From the NCBI GenBank assembly GCA_027923505.1, contig BROI01000037.1, positions 124,001-188,000 of the forward strand: DNA of 64,000 nt, in the 5' to 3' direction. This DNA comes from Mayamaea pseudoterrestris. Lineage: Eukaryota. Below are positions 1-10,014 of this stretch, one piece after another (the first letter of the stretch is position 1; each line of letters begins with the position of its first letter). The notes under the pieces were generated by a model that did not search any database, was not told where the DNA came from, and saw only the letters and a list, made by a program, of their open reading frames with translations. A program made the translations under genes and the position numbers.

Positions 1-1
1 C

Positions 2-502
2 AAGAAGACGAATGGCAAGCTCCGTCCGCGACCTGAGAATTGGCGGAGCATCCTGTTTGCCTGCATGGTTCTGTCCTCAAAGGTCTGGGACGACTTGAGC
101 ATGTGGAATGCTGATTTTTCGCAGACATGTCCCGCTGGTATTCGGTTTCCGCTGCAGAGAATTAACCAGCTAGAAATTGCTGTGCTGGGTTGCCTTGAGT
201 ACAATGTGAAGGTTAAGGCAGGCGAATATGCCAAGTACTATTTTTTGCTTCGCACGATGCTCATCAAGTCTGGGCTCGGTGGACATGATTTGGATTCGAT
301 GCTTCCCTTGGACGTTGAGGGTGCGAAGCGACTGCAACAAGTGAGTACGCAGTACCAAACGTCACACTTGCCGAAACCATCATCCTATCGCAGCAGGAGC
401 GTGGGCATGCTCTCAGCTTCAATGACATTGCTGTCTCCGGGACAAGGATTGGACGCTAAATCGTTTCCCAAAGCTGGCCTGGAGCAGCTTGTTAAGATGT
501 AG
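2..502 (+). CDS. Cyclin Y/P-type cyclin, 3' part (5' end outside window)
   Basis: Frame open from base 2: ...RPENWRSILFACMVLSSKVWDDLSMWNADF...INQLEIAVLGCLEYNVKV..EYAKYYFLLR, matching the cyclin-Y family cyclin box (NW+++...ASKVWDD..WN.DF; YAKYYF.LR). Confidence 0.85.
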   Translation, partial: KKTNGKLRPRPENWRSILFACMVLSSKVWDDLSMWNADFSQTCPAGIRFPLQRINQLEIAVLGCLEYNVKVKAGEYAKYYFLLRTMLIKSGLGGHDLDSMLPLDVEGAKRLQQVSTQYQTSHLPKPSSYRSRSVGMLSASMTLLSPGQGLDAKSFPKAGLEQLVKM

Positions 503-587
503 CTATTTTCGCACCTACACGTACGCGAATTTATAGTTAATTGCCGTTAAAAACAAAGTTTTGTTAGCTACAACTAGCTGGCTTATT

Positions 588-3290
588 TTACCAGAAAGTA
601 AGAAAATCAGCCGTTTCTCGCCAGGCACCTTTAACCATTTTCAGTGGACTCTTTAGTAGTTCATCGACCACCGACGGAGGCATTTCGGCTGGAACTTCCA
701 TCTCTGGTGCTACTGCACTAAAAATCAGCGGCGCAAATATGAGAATCACAGTTACCCACAAGAGAATGTGCGGTATCATGTCAGTAAGGGAAGGGAGACG
801 ACCAGTCTTGGGGTGAAAGGAGCTCCGAGCGTCGGTGCGCGCATCAAGCATGGCCTTGGTCTTGGCTGCCTCTGCAATTGCCATTGGTTGCTGGTCCTCG
901 TAGCGCAGCCGCATTGAAAGCCTCGATCCAAGCAGCTTGGCGAATATCATAATGGTAAGTAATGGATTGACGCCTGGTGACGATGGAAAGATGCTTGAAT
1001 CCATTACAAAGAGGTTGTCAACCTCCCAGCATTCGCCGTTGGTATCAACGACGCCATCAACCGGCGACGAGCTCATGCGACATGATCCAGTTTGATATGT
1101 CGACAGCATGGGTATATCATACGGCTTCATTCCCAGTTTGGGCAGCGACATTAAATACTTCTGGATGCGCGTATCGGTCGCCAAATGAATTACATCACGA
1201 GGACCATCATCGCCGCCAAGGACTAGTCCAGTGTCGCGAACATGACCTGTCACAATTTCCTTAGCACCAGCCGTGGCCAATAGCTTAATACTTCCCTGCA
1301 TAGCCTGCATTATGCTGACCTTGTCCGCCGCGCAAAGACTGTAGCGAACGATTGGAGTATGCCCATCAAGGCCGACTCGTACGCTCCCTTCACTAACGTC
1401 GCGCTGCTGAATCGCCAGCGGAAGAATGCGACGAAACTTGCGCATTCGCTCCTTATATTCGTAAGGAGTTGTCCACGGTAGTAGCATAGACAACAAACCA
1501 GGAAGCACGGGTTGACATAATATCGCAGCGCCATGACCATTATGTTTAAATCCCCGACCAAACTCGCGACAAACGACAGTCTGCGCCGCACCAAGGAACG
1601 AGTCGACTGGCGCATGCTCCATGAAACCAAAGACTGTCGTTGTTGGATGCAGCTTTAGATGCTTACCAATGTGTCGGTTCCGTAGCTTGGATTTTTGCAG
1701 CAAGCATGGAGTTTGCAGTGCACCCGCTCCCATGATGACGGCCCTTCTAGCAACAACAGTCAGCGATAACTGATTCGGTCCAAGTGTGCATTCGGCGCCA
1801 ATGGCTCTGGGCCGATCGGATGTTTTGGTGGACGGATTTGTTAAAATGCGATTGACTTTGCACTGGTCCAGCATGCGGACACCAAACTTGGCTGCCTCCT
1901 GCATGAACACTGAAAGGCTCGTCTTTTTACCAACCATGCCAGTGGAGTCAATTCTGCTGCTGCTGCCGCCTTCATGGCTGACATGCGACACTGGTTGCCA
2001 AGGATAGCCCAGTCGGTCACACGCCTGGAGCAACTTTAAGTTGGCAGAGTTGTGCGAAAGCGTGAGCTGGTGCGGCGTGACGACGCTTCGTTTGGCGGAG
2101 ATGCCAAGCTTGTGCGTGACAAAGTCCATGGCAGCAGTGTAGTCTTCCTGAAACTGTTGACCTTGCTTGTCAAGTAGTAAATTATTATTAATGCCGTTGC
2201 TATTGCTGCTGCTGATCCCTATTCCACTCTCGCTGATGCCCAAGGGCGAAGATCCGACAAAAATAGTTTGAAGCCACTCCTTCCATACTGATTCACTCAA
2301 CGGAAGGCAAGCACCGTAAGTAATACTGGATCCACCACCAAGAGCATTTCCAGCCAGTATAATTGGAGCGCACTCTTTAGTTCCCCCGAGTCGGGCTGCT
2401 CCTAGATACGAGTGTCGCAAGGAGTTGCCCTCCTCCGTCCACTGCAAATGATCGCTGCCAGTTGCATCAGAATGCATCACGGTTGCAGTATTATTAATGC
2501 TGCCATGATTCGAGCTGCTACTAGTACTACTTCCTTGCTCCAACACGAGTACTTGGTAACCAGCTTTGCTCAAAACACTCGCCGCCACGGCACTGGCAGG
2601 TCCGGATCCAACGATGAGCACATCGCAGTAGACCGTCACGTGATCCGGAGTCGCGTCTGCAGAAACGCTACTTGCCGGTGATGGAGTAATCTTGTCATTG
2701 TAGACAATGCTCGCATAGATGGAGTTGCTCGACGCCGACTGCCGATTGTTTGTCGATAATGACGGCTGATACTCCATGGCGGCAAAGTGCGGATTGATGG
2801 GCGGCAGCGCCGTTTTGCTCGCACCATGCTTGGCGTAGTATGTAAACGCCGTTCGCATAATCCATTGCTGCAGTAGTCGATGCAGTCTTTGATGTTGACT
2901 CCGCGTCGAATGCTGCAGCTGCGAAAGGAGCGCTGATTGCTCTGGAACGTTTAGATTGACAAAAGCCTTTTGGAAAGGTTTCATGAGCAGTAGGCTTGTT
3001 CCAAACTTTGATGATAGGAGCGTCAGTAGCGATTGAATAGAGAGTCGATCGGCTGTTGACAGTTCCAGTGCAAAGACTTGCAAGAGAGCTTGCTGAAAGA
3101 TGGCATCGGTTGCCAATCGACTTTCAAAGTACGTTTTGAATTCACGTGTTTGCGTCGATGCGTCATTTTCTCGCGGCGGGACTAGAAGAGGAGGCAGAAG
3201 ACCATCAATGATGCCATGGAGAGCTTGCGTTTGGGTTGCTGTGAACATGGAATCGATTGATGTTGGAGCAGAAGGAAATGGCAATCCCAT
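588..3290 (-). CDS. GMC oxidoreductase, long-chain fatty alcohol oxidase (FAO)-like, with C-terminal TM segment
   Basis: 900-aa ORF; DVLIVGSGPAS FAD loop, LAGNALGGGSSI, GAGALQTPCLL, IGKHLKLHP, GSCRM...GVVD..GECWEVDNLFVMDSSIFPS.PGVNPLLTI as in plant/fungal FAO; hydrophobic tail near the C-terminus. Confidence 0.85.
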   Translation of the reverse strand: MGLPFPSAPTSIDSMFTATQTQALHGIIDGLLPPLLVPPRENDASTQTREFKTYFESRLATDAIFQQALLQVFALELSTADRLSIQSLLTLLSSKFGTSLLLMKPFQKAFVNLNVPEQSALLSQLQHSTRSQHQRLHRLLQQWIMRTAFTYYAKHGASKTALPPINPHFAAMEYQPSLSTNNRQSASSNSIYASIVYNDKITPSPASSVSADATPDHVTVYCDVLIVGSGPASAVAASVLSKAGYQVLVLEQGSSTSSSSNHGSINNTATVMHSDATGSDHLQWTEEGNSLRHSYLGAARLGGTKECAPIILAGNALGGGSSITYGACLPLSESVWKEWLQTIFVGSSPLGISESGIGISSSNSNGINNNLLLDKQGQQFQEDYTAAMDFVTHKLGISAKRSVVTPHQLTLSHNSANLKLLQACDRLGYPWQPVSHVSHEGGSSSRIDSTGMVGKKTSLSVFMQEAAKFGVRMLDQCKVNRILTNPSTKTSDRPRAIGAECTLGPNQLSLTVVARRAVIMGAGALQTPCLLQKSKLRNRHIGKHLKLHPTTTVFGFMEHAPVDSFLGAAQTVVCREFGRGFKHNGHGAAILCQPVLPGLLSMLLPWTTPYEYKERMRKFRRILPLAIQQRDVSEGSVRVGLDGHTPIVRYSLCAADKVSIMQAMQGSIKLLATAGAKEIVTGHVRDTGLVLGGDDGPRDVIHLATDTRIQKYLMSLPKLGMKPYDIPMLSTYQTGSCRMSSSPVDGVVDTNGECWEVDNLFVMDSSIFPSSPGVNPLLTIMIFAKLLGSRLSMRLRYEDQQPMAIAEAAKTKAMLDARTDARSSFHPKTGRLPSLTDMIPHILLWVTVILIFAPLIFSAVAPEMEVPAEMPPSVVDELLKSPLKMVKGAWRETADFLTFW

Positions 3291-3891
3291 GGTGGAGGAG
3301 CCGCCAAAATGATAATTGTCGATCGGCGGCTGTCAAAATGACGCAATAACGTTGTGACATGTCATTGGTTTGCTTTCGGGTAGGCCTATTGTGTTCTATA
3401 GACATGGCAATTGCTAAGCATTTGTTACTCCTATTTGTAGCATCACATGATCAAGTCATACAGAGTGGATGTGCAGAATGAGTGGACCTTGGGTAAAGGT
3501 GAGGGATGATTGACGACTATTAATGATGGGTACCAAAAAAGCAGTTGTCACAGCTTCTTTTATCATCACTCAAACAAGGCATACCGATTTTACCGGTAGG
3601 TAGACTACATATCGTCGTTTCTATTTGTTACTGAGTAGCTCAAACCATATAGTGATATTAATAGGTCTACTGCATCAAATAATTCTCCCAGACTTAAACA
3701 GCGTGTGCCTGTCGGCGGACGCATTGAGAAAGAGACCCAGTCTCAATCTACTCCTACCCCGCTGCGTAACAACTTCAAATGATACCGATAAACAAGAATC
3801 ATGAGTGTAATAATGCCAATGAGCTTCGTTGAAAACTCCGCCGGCCAATGCTCATGAATTCTGTTGGAATTGATGTACTGCTCCATTGCTT

Positions 3892-4329
3892 CTACTGCAT
3901 CTTGATGCGGTTAATTTGCTCCTGTAATTGATGCAGTCGAATCTCTATTCGTCGCTTCTCAATGGTTGGCCGTGTTTGAGTGCTGAGCAAGGACGGATCG
4001 AGTGGTGTATATGGAGGAACCGAACCATGTTGCTGCTGCAGAAAGCAAAGATCCGCAATCTGGCCAGCGGAAAGACTCGCTAGTTCATCATTTTGTATCG
4101 ATTCAGAAGTTTGCTGTGACTGGAATTGCTCATAGTCATTCGTCGGTGCTTGTGCATGGTGTTGCGTCGACTCGGGGTGAAAATGAGGAGGATGTTCAGA
4201 CGACGAATGGTGCTGCTGCGTCTGCGGAAATTCCCAACTCACTTGTCCCAAACCAGCATGATAGTAATACATACGTCCAGATTCTCGGTCAATGGCTTGT
4301 TGCCAGCCTGAAGGTAGCTCAGTTCCCAT
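3892..4329 (-). CDS. Small WW-domain protein
   Basis: LPSGWQQAIDRESGRMYYYHAGLGQVSWEFP is a canonical WW domain. Confidence 0.8.
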   Translation of the reverse strand: MGTELPSGWQQAIDRESGRMYYYHAGLGQVSWEFPQTQQHHSSSEHPPHFHPESTQHHAQAPTNDYEQFQSQQTSESIQNDELASLSAGQIADLCFLQQQHGSVPPYTPLDPSLLSTQTRPTIEKRRIEIRLHQLQEQINRIKMQ

Positions 4330-4606
4330 GATGATGATGGTCGATGGTCGATGTGATTTGATGTTTGATGCGCTGGGCTGCGGTCGAGCCAGCTAAAGTC
4401 TTAGCGGCACTAAATTTTCATCTTAGCGGCACTCATCCTGGTGTCAGCTTTGATCGCGAACCCTTTTCGATTCGAGACGACGGCAGGCAGTTCCACGTCG
4501 AGCGCGCACGGATCTTTCCATTCCATCCGCCTCAACCAGTCTTTCTTACAATTCGCTTCCAGTAATTCAAAGCCTTTTTACATTTTTGTCATCAATCAGC
4601 AGTACC

Positions 4607-5239
4607 ATGCGCCTACCGAACCAAATTTCCGTTTGCATTTTACTCGCTGCTGCTGCAACATCCGTTGTCGCCTTTTCCGTCAACACCAATGGCAGCTCCT
4701 CGCGCGTCTTTGTCGCGACACCAACCACCACACTTCCCAAGCGCAAGGTTTCCGACTGCATGACGTCGCAGTCTCTGACGCTTCTCCGGCCGGACGACTC
4801 GGTCGACGAAGCCATGCGCATCTTGCTGCAGCGCAGCGTGAGTGGCGCTCCAGTCGTTGACGAACATCATGTTTTGGTCGGCATTGTCAGTAGTTTTGAC
4901 TTTCTCGACAAGGAAGCCTTTGAAGGTGCGGTGCTTCCGATGGAGGGCTCGCGCGATCAAATTGAAAAGTATGTGCACGCCGCCCAGCGCATTTGCGGAC
5001 AAACGGTTCGCGACGTGATGAGCGACGATGTCAAGACGTTGACGCCGGATGTTCCAATGCGAGTCGCTGCCGAAATCATGTCCAAGGAGAAGTTGCATCG
5101 ACTGCCGGTTGTGGATGAAAATAATCGAGTTGTTGGTATTTTGAGTGCGGCTGATGTCATGCATGATTTGTTGAATATTGTGCAGACCTTGCCGCACGGA
5201 AGGAACGAGGAGGAAAGCAGCCAACCAGTGAGTCCATAG
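4607..5239 (+). CDS. Tandem CBS-domain protein, probably plastid-targeted (CBSX-like)
   Basis: Signal peptide ending VVA-F plus S/T-rich transit region; two CBS repeats (VSDCMT..SGAPVVD..LVGIVS; VRDVMS..HRLPVVD..VVGILS). Confidence 0.85.
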   Translation: MRLPNQISVCILLAAAATSVVAFSVNTNGSSSRVFVATPTTTLPKRKVSDCMTSQSLTLLRPDDSVDEAMRILLQRSVSGAPVVDEHHVLVGIVSSFDFLDKEAFEGAVLPMEGSRDQIEKYVHAAQRICGQTVRDVMSDDVKTLTPDVPMRVAAEIMSKEKLHRLPVVDENNRVVGILSAADVMHDLLNIVQTLPHGRNEEESSQPVSP

Positions 5240-5498
5240 AGAACGAATTGAATTGAAAACTAGTTGTCACATATTATTGCTATGCAGTATTTGGTAAAGA
5301 TAGTACTTGGAAAAGTGAACCTGCTGAGGTCATGATCGTCGTAGGGACGAGCGGAGCGTTACTTGCCATCGACACTTAATACTTTGACCTCAGCTCGACA
5401 AAGCTTCATCAATCCAACGCAACATCCACTTAATAGCTAGGTATATGCTTTCCTGGTCATACTTTACAACTGTATAGGCAAAGCTGGTGTATATGTAA

Positions 5499-6816
5499 GG
5501 GGCGATGTTAGCGGACGGTGTTTCGTCGTTTCGTTGTTTCGTCGCACCACGAAACACCAAAGAACCCGGAAACTCGATGCTCGAAGCAACGAGACACCCA
5601 TTGCATCGTTGCTTCATTGCGCCATCGTTTGATCATCATATACACCACAATGGAGGTTGATCCCGCAGCCCAAATGTAACAGAAACAACTTGTATCAATA
5701 CAGAAGATATATTTGGAGTTTATTGCGCGTTTGGGTGCTCTATAAAGCCTTGAAAGGCAAAAGATCCACCTTCACACCAGACACCGCGAGGCGCCACGCA
5801 CACTGTCGAGCGCGTCAACGATAAGTCATGTTTCTACAGCATAGCACCTTCTGGTGCACCTTGTTGGCCTCCAAGGGCTACATAGTTGACCAAAATGTGT
5901 GCAAGGATAGCGCAATTGCACGCCGTTTGCGTTGTTCCAGAGAGGCCTGCATGCACCCTGCATGGTGCACGGCACAGTCGGCGCGGTCTACACGCTCACT
6001 CACACATTCCATCAAGCATCCTCCTTCCAAGCAGGCAGAAGCAAGTCAAATGCTCCTACCAATCAATAGCGCTTCTTTCCGCTGACAAGAACAAGCAAGA
6101 CTTGTCACATTCCGTGTGAGCTGCTTCAACATGCATGTGTCCCTTTTCCGTCATCCATCATGCATTCCGTCGCTTTGAAATCAACTCTTTGCATTGAAAG
6201 CAAGACTTTGTGAAATGCGTGGCACTCCCCGCTACATGTATGTTCTCTGCTGGATCATAGCTCTAGCGCTTGGGTAAAAAAATCTCAAGTTTTGGTGGCA
6301 AGTGGTCGTCTTGCCGACGTGGAGCTCATGGTCTCTTTGAACGAGTTTAGTAATGCAACAAGCTAATTCTGTAGATATTATTTAATGTATTGTAACTTAC
6401 ACCTGTTTATATTAACCAATGTGAAGATGGCAAGTGTCGTCAACTGACAACAATGGCGCAACAAAACGCGTCAACTTGTATGGCGTCTGCCACGGGAACA
6501 AGAAAGAATCAAGACGCCGGTCTTTCACTATACAATCCCGAGCAATATAGAGAAGCCACCTGTCGAATCAGAATGTTAATAGCTTCATCAAGAGGCAAGA
6601 TATGCACTGGTTTGTGCGGGACCATTCCATGTCGATTTGATCGTGGGTTTTCAGTCCCAGGAAATGATAGGCTTAATAACTGATGACGTGTAATGACGTT
6701 TTGGCATGAACCAATGAAACGACGAAACGCCCGCTAACTCCGCGGCGCGCGTTGTTTCAAACGATGAAACGATGAAACGCGCAAAACGACAAAACACCGC
6801 CCGCTAACATCGCGTC
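5499..6816. mobile_element. Non-autonomous TIR DNA transposon, PIF/Harbinger (Tourist-like) type
   Basis: Left end GGGGCGATGTTAGCGGACGGTGTTTCGTCGTTT (5499-) matches the reverse complement of the right end, GACGCGATGTTAGCGGGCGGTGTTTTGTCGTTT (-6816). Both ends are flanked by TAA (5496-5498, 6817-6819). Subterminal GAAAC-type repeats; no long ORF inside. Confidence 0.8.
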
Positions 6817-7338
6817 TAAGGTAGTGTGCTGTAGCACCATCATCAAGCACGACAATAAGGTGTCGTAGCGCGACTAAATCTTGCATTCCGTCGTGTCATT
6901 TTCTCGAGCCATCAAAACAGCGCTCTTGCCATGACCAAAACTTATTGAGCTTCAATGGTACGCCAATACATTTTCGTTGCAGAGCCTTGTTTGATCATTT
7001 TCTGTTTTGTACATGGCGTTCGTACGTCACACCCTCGGCCCTTGAGACAAAATGCTCGTATTAATAGCAGCCGATGCAACGATGCAATGCCAAATTTCTT
7101 CGCCTCATAATGATACGGAAGCTTGCTTTTCTTTGACTTTTGTTTACAGTAGCTGCAATATATATTTAAGTCAAGATGACTATCTAGGTCGCGGAGCTTC
7201 GACGGTGCCGTCTCCGTGACGCTTGCCATGCCAGCCATACTGCACACTTCTCTCACTGTTTATTTACTTTCGTCACTTTACCAAAACAGACGCTGCAGGC
7301 GTTTATCGTGTCAGATTCGATCACTATATTGCCTATTT

Positions 7339-9084
7339 ATGGCTACATTCGAATCAAACGGAGCGGCCGACTCTGGCTCATCTTCTGCTGACTATGTAAT
7401 CATCGGCGCTGGCCCTTCCTGCATGGGGTTACTGTACGGTTTACTATCCAATTACATAAAGAATGACTGCGTTCCATTCTCCATAACTGTTATTGACCCT
7501 GGAATTGGCAACGATAGCCTTGATCATGACAACGATCCTGTCCAACAACAGCCTCACCGCTGGTTTCGAGCGGCTCTTGATTGCGCCGGCTTAATTCACT
7601 CTGGAGTCGCCAACAACCATCGAATCATTGACGTTCCAATTGGTCACGGAAGAGGAGGCACGAGTCGCATTAATGCTACATTGTGCATTCCTCCGCGGAG
7701 ACAAGATTTTGAAGACTGGCCCGAGCCGTGGAAGACGAACATCATGTCATCGGTGCGGACGATTCAGCAGACACTCTACGACAACAATTCGCTCCATGTT
7801 CATACGTCAAGCTTGCATGAATCACAAGAGTTGCTACCAAATCCATACGTACCTACAAAGGTTGATCCGCTGCCTTGGCGAGAAACGTTGTATCCGTCCG
7901 TCGCATATGACATTCCCTGCACGGTTCATCCGTTGACACTTCAAAGACGCAACTACTACCAAGGACTCGTTGAGCCGCTTCTTTCAAAATATCCACATTT
8001 AGATCAATGTATCACATGGACGGCCGGTAAAGTTGACCGGCTGCTCTTTGAATACAAGAAAGTCATTGGAGTAGAATACGTGGAACCAACGTCTGGATTG
8101 CGGCGAATCCTTCACGCCCGAAAACAAGTCATTCTTGCGGCTGGAGCAATCGAGAGCCCGGCCTTGCTGTTATCATCCGGCGTAGGCTTGACGGACGATG
8201 TTGTTGGCAAGGTGCGCTTTTCCAATTATCCTGGTGGCATTGGCCGCAAGCTACGCGACCATGTCATGCTGCCGCGAGCCATTCTGACGAACCAAGTTGC
8301 CGGCGCGGTGCCGTCGCTCAACGGCGTTCAGTCGCTGCACCAACTAGTCGTTGGTGACGGGCTGTTTCAGGTTGCATTCATGGATTCAGTAGTGTTTAAG
8401 GACATTTTGCCGCAGCTGGTTGCCGGTTTGTTTCGATTCAAGATGCCGGCTGGAATTCGAGGTGAATTCTTGTTGACAAAGCTGTCAAGCTTAATGATCA
8501 ACTTAATCAAAGGTATTCTTGCCATACTGATTACTCTGCCGCCATTTGGCTATATTCTTCGCCGACATGTTTGTGTCGTTGCGACCTTCCATATGAACCC
8601 ATCGCCGGCTGGTCAAGTGCGGTTGAAACGAACGGCCGTGGCTCCAGCAGAGAAAAGAAGTTTTCGACGAAGCGACTATGAACTAGAGATTGACCTACAA
8701 TATGCAGCAAGTGAACAAAACATTGAAGCAATGATGAATGGTTGGATAGCGACCGATACAGTCTGTCCCAGTGGAGCTGAAGTTTTTCCTGGTCCACTTG
8801 TCCGGCACGTTGGCAAGAGTACAATGCATAGACTACGGTTCCAAACGTTTGCTCGGTCGGCATGCCTTCCATATTTTCATTGGTGCGGTACATGCGCCAT
8901 GCAGACGGAGAAGGGCGATGAGGATTGGGTGGTGGACTCACAGCTTTGGCTCAGAAACGTTAGCGGATTGAGGATTTGCGATGCATCTGTCTTTCCCACT
9001 GCCGTTTCTGCACCGACCGCTCTCACTTGCGCTGCCCTTGGATATGCTTGCGGCGCTCTTCTCTTGAATGACAGGAACAAGTGA
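7339..9084 (+). CDS. GMC oxidoreductase (choline dehydrogenase/pyridoxine oxidase-like fold)
   Basis: DYVIIGAGPS, GHGRGGTSRINA, VILAAGAIESPALLLSSGVG, IGRKLRDH, YFHWCGTCAM, VVDSQLWLRNVSGLRICDASVFP; likely ATG at 7339. Confidence 0.88.
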   Translation: MATFESNGAADSGSSSADYVIIGAGPSCMGLLYGLLSNYIKNDCVPFSITVIDPGIGNDSLDHDNDPVQQQPHRWFRAALDCAGLIHSGVANNHRIIDVPIGHGRGGTSRINATLCIPPRRQDFEDWPEPWKTNIMSSVRTIQQTLYDNNSLHVHTSSLHESQELLPNPYVPTKVDPLPWRETLYPSVAYDIPCTVHPLTLQRRNYYQGLVEPLLSKYPHLDQCITWTAGKVDRLLFEYKKVIGVEYVEPTSGLRRILHARKQVILAAGAIESPALLLSSGVGLTDDVVGKVRFSNYPGGIGRKLRDHVMLPRAILTNQVAGAVPSLNGVQSLHQLVVGDGLFQVAFMDSVVFKDILPQLVAGLFRFKMPAGIRGEFLLTKLSSLMINLIKGILAILITLPPFGYILRRHVCVVATFHMNPSPAGQVRLKRTAVAPAEKRSFRRSDYELEIDLQYAASEQNIEAMMNGWIATDTVCPSGAEVFPGPLVRHVGKSTMHRLRFQTFARSACLPYFHWCGTCAMQTEKGDEDWVVDSQLWLRNVSGLRICDASVFPTAVSAPTALTCAALGYACGALLLNDRNK

Positions 9085-10014
9085 CACAGCGTGTTAAGGT
9101 GTACTACATAATTGGGTCCTAAGCAGCGTCCTTACTGCTGTGACACGGTGGAGCGTCTGCTTGCGACGATCTAACCACCTGTCGTAATGAAGGTTTGCTT
9201 AAAAGGCGGAATGGAATGTCCAATCCCTTAATATCTTTAAATACTGCTGCATATATCGTTGGAAGCTGTACGGTATTCTTTACACCATACCGGTAGCCGT
9301 TTAAGATAAGTCTTGCGGCGAAATTTTTTGGAAGCTTGTAATGCATCATCATCCATCCTGTCTTTTGTACATGCATTGTCAATAAGCCAAAAATACATTG
9401 CTAGGCTAAGTCTGTTTAGTAATCGGGCGGTGTGGTGTGCCATGCCGATTTTGTCGATTCAAAAATTTGGCGAAACACCGGTGCGACAAGAGCTCAAGAC
9501 GTTGGAGTTCGACGAAACGACGACGAAACAACACACGGTCTCTGCTGAAGAGCAATGTACAATGCCATACCTTGTTAACTTTCTAATTCTAAAGTAGTCA
9601 CCTGAAAGAGTTGAGTCGAGAGTTTAAAAAACTGAGGCGAGGACTATTCTAGTGTGCGCGACCTTTCGAGCAGCGCTCATCGTCGAGCTACACCTTGCAC
9701 CCTTCAACGGTCAATCTCAACGGCACTATCAATAGACCCGGGTAGTTTGACGAGAGCCACGAAATTGCATCGAGCGTCACTATATTAGTAACGTGGTCGA
9801 CGATTCTCTTTCGCGCGTCTGCGTGCGTGCCGAGTAATCGGTGGCTTGCGAGCACTTGATCCATTTCTTTGTGTTGCGACGTTTTCATTTCAGACGCAGC
9901 TTGCATTAGAACCCTACTATATTCGACTACAGACCCACAAGTCGAGGTACGCCTTGACAGACGACGACTGATCTCATATCTTCCGGATCTCATATCTTCC
10001 GGTACTCGTATAAC

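Noticed and set aside
5828..6683. ORFs inside the TIR element as a transposase
   Set aside because: All are under 90 aa with no convincing DDE motifs.
588..9084. Either GMC protein being fatty acid photodecarboxylase
   Set aside because: Neither has a plastid presequence; one follows the FAO pattern and the other keeps the catalytic His that FAP lacks.
9119..9597. Short ORFs and GACGAAAC motifs that might be a transposon remnant
   Set aside because: Interrupted frames, no clear TIR/TSD or recognisable domain.
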